From: Trichoplax sp. H2
Taxonomy: Eukaryota
Assembly: GCA_003344405.1 (NCBI GenBank)
Contig: NOWV01000106.1
Coordinates: 237,229 to 257,228, forward strand
Length of the DNA stretch: 20,000 nt
Direction: 5' to 3'
The translations under genes and the position numbers were made by a program. The notes under the pieces are model-generated. The model was not told where the DNA came from and searched no databases. It worked only from the letters and a program-made list of their open reading frames with translations. Numbering within the stretch: the stretch's first letter is position 1; each line of letters opens with the position of its first letter. This document shows, piece by piece, positions 1-12,020 of this stretch.

Positions 1-3000
1 TACAATTATCCATCTCTGGACCTGGTCCACGCCCTATCAAGAAGACAGTTTAAGTTCGTAATTTCTTAATAGCTTTCATTTACTTATTTATGATAAAGAA
101 AATCACACTGAAAGTCAGAGCAGACCTATTTCTATTAGGAGCATCTTGACCATACTTCTGTGTAGGGATCCTTCAAATAGTAAACCGATACCAATCAACG
201 ATGCAATTTGAACGTCTTGTGAGATATTTAACTCCGCTGAAGTAGGTGGGAGAAGGGCTCGGATATGAACACTGAGCATTTTAGTGACAGCCAAATCCAT
301 CGTTCCACGTCTGTAGTAAGATTAGAGTTTTATAACATCAAATGACTAAACAATATTATAGTTCGATTGAGTTTTAATATTATATTACTTACTTTGCGGC
401 AGCTATACCTAGTAATAAGCCAATGCTAATCATCGAATGTCCCTAAAAAGTAATTGTGTTGTTATATTTTGTATTTACAAAATAGATAAAGTTACTCTTA
501 CCATTGATAAATAGTCATGAATACTCGTAGCTTTTAAGTTAGATAAGTGCCCACTTAGTCCCAGAGCCATAAGAAAACCGGCATGTTCATTTGTTGATTG
601 TTCGTTTTGAGGTTTATTGTAAACAATCCATGTTGAGTCGATCTGAAATAATCATAAAATAAAGCCAGTGTGTAATATCGTAGACGTAAAAATGATCATA
701 AGGTAGAAGTTATAATCCATAGCATATTCCAAAAACATACATTAAACAATTGATTTACAGGCAAGCACAAATATTAAAACTGAAATTGTTACCTGTGAGA
801 GACCAGGCATAATGCTTATACCAGCAGCTACTCCGTTATGAAAAAGTGGCCAGTCAGTTAAACCTGGATAGTTACTCATTTCCAACTTAATGATCGCATT
901 TCTAAAAGAAATAATTCTCTATTACGAAATTTATATGTTATGGGCTGCGCTCTAGATTATCTTAATCACATCGGTAGTTTATTTACTTTGGAGGAATTCG
1001 ACCAGTTAAATTTAGAGACGGAATTGATACAACTTCAGCGACGATAGGGGAAGACTTGAAAAGAGTCAGCATACCCCTAATAAACATTTATAGCATACTC
1101 GTAGATAAGACTTTCAAATCTTTAATAGTATCAATAGTTTCTATGTGATAAAAATAAAATTTTTGAGTAACCTTCCAACTGGTAGTGCCATAGTTCTTTG
1201 ACTGATGGTATACAACCATTCTTCTTGTTGTTCAATGTACTCATGATCGCTAAATTAAATATTTTTATAATCTTCAATCAATATACATAAAATATAAATG
1301 AATTTAAGATTTAAATAGATGACGCAGCAGTAAACTAATAAGTAATCAACGGTAAATGGACATTAACCTAGATTCAGGTTTTCTAGCTACCGACACTGGT
1401 ACTGGTTTTGATGATCTCAATAATCTGCCAACCTCCCTGAGCCTAAGATCTTTGCCGAAGATAAGGTTCGTTACCTGCCATATAGTTGTTATGATGATAA
1501 AATATTAGTGACAATTCGAGGCTACTGCTGGGTTGTACGTTACTAATAAGGAATAAAGCGAATATATAACTTTTGCTATTATACAAAATCAGATAAAAGT
1601 CTACCTTGTTGGATACAGAAGTACTTTCGTCAACATCTTCTTCTAATATTTCATTTGTAGTCTATTTTAAGCGTAATAAACGTTAAGATTTTGCCAAATT
1701 TAATACCAAAACTAGCAAAGATTAAATAACATCACACTCGTAGGTCAATAGTGTTGACTTTTCGTAATGTGATTATTTAAGATATTTTTGCCCATCCTAA
1801 CTTTTGTTTGGTCATCGCTGAAGCGTTGTCTATTACTACGAAGTTTAGTTTGTCCTATTAAATCTTGTCTATTAATAAGTTCATATGCTAATTTTGGCCA
1901 ACTTCCAGATGGATTACGGCGACAATCATTTAAAATTTGATGAAGGATTATCTGTACGCCAAATGTTAGCGAATGCAATTTCCACGATCTAAAGTCTTTA
2001 AATTTTGATTAAATATTACTTTTATTAGTATTGTACAGTATAAAAATATTACTTGATATCTAGATACAAACCATATGCGACAAGCAGCATTAAGCATTGT
2101 TCGGAAATCGTGTTCCCACTTTGCAAGTAGAGAATACGGAAAATAAATTCAAGTCAATGACAAAAATGTAACATGAAATGGTCTTCTAGTTTGCAGCTTA
2201 CATGTAAACATCAGATGAATTCAAAATTTGATCGCGGTTGTTTATATCTATCGTGAAAGAAAGCAGTGAATATAGTTTTGGGGCAATAGATCTTACAATA
2301 CATTACGAAATGCATATACCAAACATGTAGTATTCATAACGGAAAATAGGCTCAGCAATAGCTTCTTCATTGCCAGTAAATTTGGTACAGATCTTTAAAA
2401 TAATAAAAAATTTGTTTATATCTGTAATCTCTAATTAACTAAAAGCTACCAAATTCTCGAAACCTTTCCAATCAATTCTAATCGACTGCAAATCCTGGGT
2501 ATGTAATATAATTTCGTATCTTGCTATAAATTTAAGAAAAATCTTAGAATGATATTGAGAGAAGTACGGTATATACAAACACGTTTGATGAATTAATTTT
2601 ACGAGCAATTACCTTCAATCGACGGAAACACTGGATCATCCAATTTCTGACATTGATGGGATACGACGTAATATAAGACGGCATTGTTTGTGATAACCGC
2701 TCTATTAATCAAATGCAGTAACAATAAGAAGGTTTACTCATTACTATCCAATACACGAACAAAGCATTGTCATTTTACAACTTTGAAATAATTGATAATC
2801 CCACCTGTAGGTACTACTTCCTGTAAGTTGTAAGTAAATAATTTAGGGAAGTCGCGGCGGTAGTAATCAAGATAAAATTTTGCGTCTAAAATACTAATGT
2901 AACAGAATTATAAGTAGTTTTAGAAGTTATTTATACCAATTTTAAAATAAAATTTATTGATAAGACACTTGATTACCTGGCACAGAAGTACAAGAATTGA

Positions 3001-6000
3001 GCTAATGGATAAAGTGAAGTAGCTGCAGTACTATCTAATTTAAATTCCTAAGGTATCGGATATCAAAACAACATACTTAGGTAGGTGAACGACCAGCATT
3101 ACCGTTACCATTAACGACGAAAAACATAAATGATATGATAGATATGATTTATAAAACTAACCTCATAGATCAGATGGAGAGAAAATAAAATAGAGGGCAA
3201 ATGCTGATAACCGATCCAGTTCTTATCAGGTCTACGATTCCGATGGATTTGTTAAGTAAGTTTTTTGAAATTTTAAATTTAAAATAGTATTGACATAAAA
3301 ACTTAATTGCCCCTAAATGTCTAAATATATCAGTAACTAACTTGATACACTTTGTTACTATAACGTCAAGCAGATCTTCTTTGGTATATCGAGCATGAAT
3401 TGGTGTTTGGAGGACCGCTGACCATATCTAATAAAGAATTTTTGGATTATAAAACTGCAATCTAATTTCAAAAAGCACCTTAGAAGAAGATGATTTAATT
3501 CAAGTTATCAATATATTAGATAAGAACGACTTACATCAGTTCCAATCCTAGTGCCAGTGCCCTGTAAGGTTGTCATCCAATTCAGGCATGAAATTTATCA
3601 GTTATTCAAAAAAAACCAACGTCGTATTTATGTGAGCATATCAATATACATATGTCAATCGAATCTTAATTAATAGTGTATATTGCGCACTGTACTTACG
3701 CTTACTTCTTCTAGAGAGCCTTTTTCAGATATAAGCCATAATAGAAATCTTACAAATACTTCCAGACTACATTCGATATTGTCATAAGATTTGTTGACAG
3801 ATGCTTTCAAGTACTGAGCTAGTATTGTAAATCCAATTTCTTCCGGTAGTAATTGATGCAAAGCAGCTAAGGACGATTTAACTGCGAGATTTTATCAAAA
3901 ATGTAAAACGATTTTTAATTTGTTGACTACGATCTGCTTCAGATCTCCTGTATTATCGCTACGATATGTACAATAGCACGCTCTCACCGATAACATTCGA
4001 TGGCAGCTTCAATAAAGGTATACGGAACATTTTCCCGTAGTTATTAGTCTATACAAAAGATACAATACATTAGTACTAGATTACACGAACTAAAACTTCG
4101 TACTACCGTATCATAAATTGCATTCATTATTCATACCACTATAAGTGTATCAAACGCCCATTGATATAGGAACTGAATCGATCCTGTACATATTGTTAAA
4201 TCAGTTATTAATTCTAGGAATCAGCAGAATGTAGTATTCGTAATATTTCGTCATACCTGGAATTTTCCAGAGATCGAAGTTCAGCTGACAAATCTAGCGG
4301 AATCGAGTAGTCAATTAGGACAATGTCAGATAAAACTAACTGAACTTGTGAAATCTACCTGTAGAAGGCCGTTATAAAAGTAACCATTTGATGCGTTATC
4401 TAAAACAGCAATTATACCAGTTTCCTATATAAAAATAACGTCGATGGGTTAACTTATACCATCAATACCGTTTAGCTACTGCATTGTGTACATAAAGTGC
4501 AATCTGTAAATCCATACGTAGGCAAGCATTTACCGTCATGCATGCGACATCCTTGCTCTCTATTGTTAGCTTATATTCAAAATTCATATCATGATATTGA
4601 TAAACTCTAGAGAATAGAAAAGGTGGGGTTAAAATTACGAATTGAAACTAACTGATCATTCAATATTTAATGACAGTAATCATTTTAACGTCGCTAATTG
4701 TACCTTAGCTGATCTCCTACAAGACAGTAAAAATATTTTCTCCCGTAGAAATCAGTAGCGAAGAAAGCTTTCTTCGCAACCGAAGCCAAGCAGCTAAAAA
4801 AATTTGATTTCATACAACAACTATATTAATAAGTATTTTTTAAGGCCACTGATAGTATAATGAACTAACAGTTAATTTATTACTAATACATCATTTAATA
4901 CACACATGTCTTCTTCCCATATTTTAGATAAACATATTTCCGATAGTACAGGTTGTAGAGGCTCAGTACTATATATATTTGTTTTGACGAAAGAAAAATC
5001 TCGACCTTGGCGATTTAGTGAAAGTTGAATACTGGACGCGGTTGGCGTTTGGTGTCCGATGGTCGGATGCTGTTGCAAACGGTTTATATCGTCCCTGCCC
5101 TGTAGAGGATGAACTTGTTGAGCAGGCATGTGTGGTATTAGCGTAGAAACTGGCGTGTTTCGATGATGCGAAATTACACTAGAATTGACAGGTGGAGGAG
5201 TATAACTTCGAAAAGGTGATAGGGCTGCGGAATGATGGAGATTCTGCGATTTTGTCGTAAGATTATGCAGTCGCTGATCGGTAAAATTAACGGACGCTAA
5301 TGGGTCTGTGTTGAAGGAATCAGATGTATTCTATACAACAATAACGAAGATAAATATAATTACATACTATATATAAATTTAAAGAAAGGCAGAATTACAC
5401 GCGCTAACCTCAGTTTTTAATTTTCGTGGTTGCCAAAGAGAATGCTTATTTCTATTTTTATCAAAAATAAGAATGAACTCAGGTTCTCTTATGGTGGTGA
5501 CGACTTGATATTCAGGACCATAAAAATATTTTGATTCACCGCCTAAACAATAAGAGAATCATCAATAAATTTAAATTACTTAATTTTTTAGCCAGAAAAA
5601 ATTTATGATATACACTTATACAAAAATATAAAGTTAATACAGGGCATTGTGATAGCTGCAAAAAAGTTAGCTTACTTTCAAGATTGATGAATACCGGATG
5701 AGGTTCGTCGATTGGATTTGAGATCGTGTACAACTCGGGTATTCGTTTACCATGTCTATGATATAGTACAATAGCCAGATGTATTTGCATTATTATAATA
5801 CGGAAAGGTTAAATTGGATAGTGAATAATTTTAGCACTCGAGCTACAGAATGATGTATGGCTAAGACTAAAGATATTGAAATAAACAGTATCTATATTAC
5901 TTTTCATATTCTGATTCTGTAAATCGTCTTTGTATTAAAAGGCCGGTGGATATATTCCAAACGTGTTGTACCTATTTAAGTGTTGAAGATTAATGCTTTA

Positions 6001-7770
6001 AATTGTAAATTGATGTACAGAAACGAATTATAAAATACCAAATTGGACAATTCACAAAGACCTTACGTAAAATAAATACTATCAGCTGCATAAGCTACGA
6101 TAAATCGGTAAAGTTTCTGTCAGTTTTTATAAAGTTCCACAGAGTACTTACCGGAAAAGGCGTTGAGCTGGTAAAGAAAGATCCATCCTCTGCGTAAAAA
6201 CTTATAAAGTTTTGCTCAATAATGCATAACTTTTGATTTTTAGCCCCATGATGACCTAAAGAGAAGTCATTCAATAATCGTTTTAGCTATACAGTTCATC
6301 AAGTATGATCGCAGTTAAGATAGAAATTTTTCATTTAACTGCAATATATAACGTTTATAGTGATAAAGTACAGCTATTCGTACGTTTTGTATTTGTGTCT
6401 TCTGAAAAGGTACACCAAAGCACCTATTGAATATAAAATAGTCAAAGTATCAAATGTAATAAATTTAGCATACTTAAAGATATCGTCTTACTGACGTCGA
6501 TTATTGGCGTTTCCACGGTAAAAGTTTTGACGATTTTGTTCGTATCGCCTATGCCACTAAAGCTTAGGACAACAGTCTTATCGCATACATAGATCTAATA
6601 CAAGTATATAATAAATTTCGTGACCACATTGCAATATATTTGCTGAAGAGCTTTAATTTGGTAAGATCACACTGGGATGACCTAATAAATTTTCTTCTTG
6701 ATTTAGCATCATAGCATTTTATTTTAACTACTATTATATGCAGCTTTAATATTTGCATAATTCTTTCTTTTAATATTGCTTCTAAATACATGCGTGTCTG
6801 TAATATGTGCGTACATGATGATATTTTTAACATTACAAACGCTATTCTCATAAACATATTCATTAAATTAATAAGATTAGATTATATCGATGACGTACTT
6901 CCTTCTCTGTAGCTACATTCCCTTCATCTTGGTCGTCTGCGTAATATGTAACTTTCCAAAAATCCTAAATGAGCGTTGTATATTGATAAATTGACTTTAC
7001 TGTATATATATATATAATATTAGACTATGGAACTATCATAAAAAAAATTATCATGGTTTATGGTAGCCAATGAATCTATTTCCATAGCTAAGATCGAAAA
7101 CGAATAACTTGTAAATTCCGATTAACAGTAGATTTTATGGATATTTTGATGGGTTAAAATGACCTTCACTGCTTGTGACTGGTTCAGTTGAAATTTGTGC
7201 ACATTTACTTGAATAGTACTGTAACGTACACGAATGTGGTTTGAATTATAATAACTCAGATTGATCGTTTGCAAATAATGGGTTAGAAACTCTGAGATTC
7301 TAGATAGAGCTATAGGGTTCAATTATATTATTGGGTATAAAAGTCATTCGCCGTACGCATGCTGTGCCCATAAAATTTATTATACGAGTATGAAACTATA
7401 GTACGCAAATATTTTACTAATCTGCAAACTTTTACAGAAAGATGAAAGATTTTTTCAGCACTGTACAGTATTACATTCAAGTCTTTCGATAGCTATATTC
7501 ATTACTTTCTGGACAGTGTCCGAATATTGCAAAAGTACATATCAATATTGAATCAGTATACTACAAGAACAAATGCAGATGCAAACATACACGTACATTA
7601 TCTTATGCAAGTGATGAATGATATGTTAAAAATAGTATCTATCTACACTATATATACGTCATATTTATTTTGGTAGAAACCTTCTGTTCTTGGTAACCGT
7701 TTTCATCATTTTTACCAAGCGGATGTCGATCTCGATAGTAAATCTTTCCATTTGGTATAAAGTCTTCCAT
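1..7770 (-). CDS. ANAPC1: Anaphase-promoting complex subunit 1 (APC1), multi-exon, 3' part outside the window
   Basis: Manually spliced, phase-consistent GT-AG exons (minus strand, 5'->3'): 7770-7681, 6964-6899, 6594-6496, 6423-6384, 6255-6152, 5971-5901, 5755-5676, 5542-5409, 5330-4906, 4793-4704, 4606-4534, 4424-4359, 4293-4257, 4183-4137, 4048-3988, 3881-3706, 3561-3535, 3427-3342, 3231-3162, 3047-2977, 2893-2805, 2701-2613, 2523-2464, 2392-2320, 2247-2202, 2118-2072, 1995-1802, 1661-1605, 1474-1368, 1249-1172, 1076-987, 901-793, 642-502, 442-393, 310-126, 33-1. Peptides match APC1 as recalled from the human protein: QRTMALPVGRGM, LNLTGRIPP, WPLFHNGVAAG, IDSTWIVYNKP, EHAGFLMALGLSGHL, SIGLLLG..AAK.GTMD, HIRALLPPTSAEL, EIGRGPGPEM, and N-terminal DFIPNG..HP and KTFTVETP. 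The start is uncertain: either ATG at 7770 or an acceptor at 7794 with an unseen upstream exon. Boundaries in poorly conserved regions are less certain. Confidence 0.95.
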
Positions 7771-8254
7771 CCTCGTTAATTCAAGCACAAAGGTCTATTT
7801 GTAATGGGGTATTTCTCTGTTCGAGATTTAAGAAAGTAGACAACAGAAAATAGCTTATTAGTGGATTAGCATTAGCGCAATGTCAATATGCTATAAATGA
7901 AATCTTGCAGATAGAGCTTGCAGTATAATAGGAAAATAGGAAGTCTAACCAGAGCATAGAGTACCATTACTGTATCTATCAGTATACAATACTGTAGATA
8001 GTATAGTACAAGTCACTGCTGGTATTTTTTCTACTGTGCAAAAATCTAGGCAATCATGGATGGTATAACAAACTTCTTGGAGATTCAGAACAATGATATG
8101 TAAATGGATAGTCAAACATGAGACACCTCCATCTTTTAACTTTACGTATTTTTATGTGGTAATATTTTATAGTCCATCGTTGGGAGTTGGGATCAACTTA
8201 TGAATAAATTGGGAAATTATCTCCTACATATTGACTACTATACAAGTTTGACAC

Positions 8255-8272
8255 TGAGGTCAAATGACCTCA
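8255..8272. promoter_or_regulatory. Perfect palindrome TGAGGTCA-aa-TGACCTCA (inverted AGGTCA nuclear-receptor half-sites, 2-nt spacer)
   Basis: Seen directly, ~490 bp upstream of the APC1 ATG candidate. AGGTCA is the canonical nuclear receptor half-site; function is inferred only. Confidence 0.3.
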
Positions 8273-9194
8273 TTGTGTTTATAAACTCTATAAAGATGTC
8301 TTTCTAGCTAGTAAAAAGACATTAGCAGATATCTAGTAGGAGCATTGAAGATGTAGTACAATTACAGGTTGATCGAGTTCAAGTGAAAATTTCGATTGGT
8401 ACATGATACTAAAAGATTGAAAGTGCCCATTTATGTATGATTCTAAGAAGGAAAGGTAAAGATCTTATTGAGTAGTCATTAATAATAATATATTGTAGAG
8501 TACTACTACTGTAGATTGGCATCTATCTGTAAGATAAGCAAAAACACTTTCTGCAATGATTAACTTGGTGGTGCTCTATCCAGATAGCTCAAAAACACAA
8601 ATATGATTTCAAAGTGGTAATATTAATCTACAACTGGGTAAAAACAGTAGAAATAGCCAAGACATACTCTAGATAATACAGAAATAACAGTCATTTATTT
8701 ATTGTAATCATGGACTATCTTAAGTTACATTGAATTTTAGTCAATAATCTGCACAGTCGCACAACTCTACTTTCTACTGCTTGTAGGTAAAACGTTGCCA
8801 ATTTGCATCACAAGAAATCAACTCATTGGATAGTTAATATACGTACCACGCAGCTAGTCCCAATTTTTCCGAAGTAGTTACGGGTTGCCTTTTAATTGAA
8901 TTTTATGTTCTATGGCAAGGGATTCAATTTGCATGCATACCAAGAGCAATGTTATAACCTGGAAAATGGATCGATTTGGAAGGCGAGAAAATCAATCTCC
9001 ATTCACAGCTCATTGCTCGATCTACAGTAAAGGATGACACTGTATTCTCTACCGTACTATACCGTAACGGTTGGGGGGTACTGTACCGTCAGTACAGTAT
9101 AGTGCACTGTTTCAGTGAGGAGTCTACAGCTAGTACAATAGTACACCAGTCAGATAATTTGATTTTCGCGCCAGATGCAACCTTTCAGTGTGTA

Positions 9195-9435
9195 CAGTAC
9201 TCTCTTACGATGTATGTACTGTGAAGTAGTACTGTACACTGTACTGTCCACTGCCAACAGGTACAGTACAGTACAGTACAGTACTGTACTGCATTGTACT
9301 GTACTGTACTGTACTGTACTAGCATGGACCTCTACAGTACAGTACTGTACTGTACAGTACTGTACACTACTGTACTGTAGGTCTACAGTACTGTAGCATG
9401 GGCCAAAGGCCGTATCGGTACTGTACTGGTACCGT
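9195..9435. repeat. Low-complexity pentamer array of (CAGTA)n and its reverse complement (TACTG)n
   Basis: For example gtacagtacagtacagtacagtactgtactgcattgtactgtactgtactgtactgtact at 9261-9320. Orientation switches several times at palindromic cagtactg/tgtaca junctions. Degenerate units extend back to ~9040. Confidence 0.9.
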
Positions 9436-9498
9436 AAATACGATACAATTTAACCTTCAGGGTTAAAGCGGAACCTGTACTGGCAACGATGAGCAACG

Positions 9499-9983
9499 AT
9501 GAGCTCTAATGTTAATAGCCCAAAACCCAAGATGTCATTTTTCAGGTAAGCAAAGACATATTATTCTACCTCTGGCATACTGGTCTTGTCGAACAGAAGT
9601 ACAAATTTCATTAAAAACTGCTACAAACAAGCACTACTTTCATTGTGTCTTGTGTTAGCCTGAAGCAATGTCTGTATTGTATACATTATATATGGATATA
9701 CGAGTATGCGGGTATACAAAGTACCAGTATGGACTCCTACTATAAGAGCACGAGCATCGGCCATTGCAGTCTATAGCTAAGATGAAATGAAGCATTTAGG
9801 CAGATATTTAGCCATAGTTAGCTAGATACCATATGATTACAAAATAGGATACTCAAGCTTGATTGTGATAGTAGACACATACATCAAACTTGTAGAAAGG
9901 ATGAAAAGGAACCTGTTGGCAAAGTAGGCTGTTTTGAGATATCAAGGATGCGAGCCATTCTCTTGACAAATTCATTTGCAGAA
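9499..9983 (+). other. Possible first two exons of an unidentified or decayed gene
   Basis: ATG at 9499 gives MSSNVNSPKPKMSFF ending in a consensus donor CAG|GTAAGC at 9545/9546. A phase-compatible open block at 9896-9983 (KDEKEPVGKVGCFEISRMRAILLTNSFAE) follows a TAG acceptor. No family recognised and no convincing third exon. Confidence 0.3.
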
Positions 9984-10449
9984 GTACAGTGTTAATTAAT
10001 TGTAACTAGCATACAACCCACTCTCTATAATAATTAGAAAGTAGTAAAATGACAAATCTATGACTGGTGAAATGATTGCATTTAAAAAATATGTACACAA
10101 CTTGAATAATACAATTAGTCGGGTAACAGGATACTTCATGCAGTGATCGTCAATTTGTTATGATGGAATGATCTAGGCCTTGCAGTCGTCATCAAATCTT
10201 TCCCATCCTCTGTGGGTGTAAAGGCTTTATTTACACCTAATAGTAGGGATAAGCGTGGTAGTAACTCGTTCTACACATATTTATTTTCGTAAAATTTTGT
10301 TAATATTATACTGTACCAATAAATTTCCTGTTCAGAATTTTGCTCGTTGCACGCCCAATACCGCATCGAAAGTGATGACTATCATCATTTCGATGAAATT
10401 ATTTACTGTACTTTGGCATCTCGCTGATTCATTCCTATGACAATAATTA

Positions 10450-11700
10450 ATGGAAATTGACAATTTATAATTCGAAAAGTCATCGTTTCTTTTCGGACTG
10501 TATAATTTAATGTGCGTTAAATTATTTACAATCAGTAACCAAGATCTGAAGCTTTATAGTCATAGTAAACTTACTATTGATATACGAGTATTAGGGACTG
10601 CTAGAGGTTGCTCGAGTATATTGCCTCTTAATGATATGGTATTTATTGACTTTTAATACGCATTGGAAGATTAATTTAAAAATTTCTTAAACAGATATAT
10701 AGGGTTGGGTATCGTTCTTTCCTCAGCCGTATTATTCTTACTTGTCAATACCGGAAGTATCGTCAATAAGCCAAAAAATTCGATTAAATCTACAGTAAGA
10801 AATTTATTGCTCTTTCCCCACTAAACGTAAATTGCTTTAAATTACTGAAGATGTAGAGATGAAAGCCATTAGTTAAAACCTAATTAAAATATTTTAAGTG
10901 ATAATATCCACAATCGTGCTGCAGTGTTAATGTATCAAGTGCTTAATTATGCTAACTATTTAGTCAGTTTTACTTTCAGCTTTATAGTTATTCATTTCTT
11001 TCTTTCTTAAAAGCGAAATACTTCAAGATGGGATGAATAAATCATTGGATCCTTCCTTCCTTTCAATATTTTAAATGGAATCACTTAAGCTTTCTTCTCC
11101 GTATTGTTTGAAAAAGTGTGATACAGAAAATGAATTCAATCTATAATTTATCTGCTCTCACTTTTACGATATGAAAGCTATTAGAGTAATGCATTTATCT
11201 TTGATGTTATCCGCTATCTATCTCTAATGTCTTTTTATTCCCACTAATTTATAATTACATCGCTGAAGGCTAAATGTTGTAAATACTTATTGTATTGTGT
11301 CTTCAATAAAATGTGATAACAGCCCCGCAACTAGTGTTCCACATTCTATTCGATTTGACCATTTTGACCTAAATTCGATTCAATTCAAAATTTGTGCAAG
11401 TAAAATTCGGTTTATTTTTACGTGAATATACAATAAATAGTCATTTGAAATTGTATATTTGTAAATTTATTGGCGTATACCATTATAATATTAGCTCTAT
11501 AGAGAGAAAATAAAGAATTTCATATCAAGCAACTAGTAAATAGACATCATTTATGACAGATGTTAAAACGTTCATTTGCAAAATAGCCAATGTGCCGTGT
11601 TTGGTAAATGCCCGTGTATATCAAAACGCTATTAGGACCATTATAATTTATAATTGCAATATAGAATTAATAACAAAGGTCAAAGATACAAATACAGGAT
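10450..11700 (+). repeat. Diverged direct duplicate of 17865-18975 (copy 1; pseudogene-like)
   Basis: Colinear matching blocks, e.g. aaatacttcaagatgggatgaataaatcattggatcc (11016) vs aaatacttcaagacggaatggataaatcgttggattc (18341); gaaattgtatatttgtaaatttattggc in both; gagagaaaataaagaatttcatatca in both. End points are approximate. Confidence 0.9.
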
Positions 11701-11744
11701 AATATGTTTAAATCTTGTTATGTAACAGCGATAAATACTACGAT

Positions 11745-12015
11745 ATATTTAAATCTTGCTACAATTCTGACATCTTAGTATGTTTCAGTCTTAGCATAAT
11801 TCATAATGCACGTTTTATTTGCAATCTTAGCTTAACTCTTATACTCTATGATGTGTTGCAATCTTAATACTCTATGATAAGTTGAAATCTTTGTGGAGTT
11901 CTAATACTGAGTGATATATTTTGTAATCATTGCGCAACTCAAATTTGTCGCAATCTTAGGGTACCGTACCCTGACACTCTGATATGCAGCACTATTAGTG
12001 CAACTCTGATGTATT
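11745..12015. repeat. Degenerate minisatellite (recurring gcaatctta / actct(at)gat motifs)
   Basis: A ~26-nt tandem pair atactctatgatgtgttgcaatctta / atactctatgataagttgaaatctt at 11841-11891, plus further gcaatcttag copies at 11821 and 11950. Confidence 0.55.
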
Positions 12016-12020
12016 ACTAT

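Noticed and set aside
6564-6863. 99-aa minus-strand ORF
   Set aside because: Mostly APC1 intron 2; the real exon (6594-6496) uses a different frame.
7122-7322. 66-aa minus-strand ORF
   Set aside because: It lies within APC1 intron 1, has no recognisable homology, and its duplicate near 12500-12730 has indels.
8050-8400. Exon-like + strand blocks upstream of APC1
   Set aside because: They could not be spliced into a stop-free model and the peptides match no family I recognise.
8976-9396. Two + strand ORFs (82 and 73 aa) rich in STVQY/CTVLY
   Set aside because: They are translations of the CAGTA/TACTG pentamer array and show no sign of real coding.
9195-9435. Possible CRISPR-like array
   Set aside because: It consists of pentamer runs without unique spacers or a constant-length repeat, in a eukaryotic context with no cas genes.
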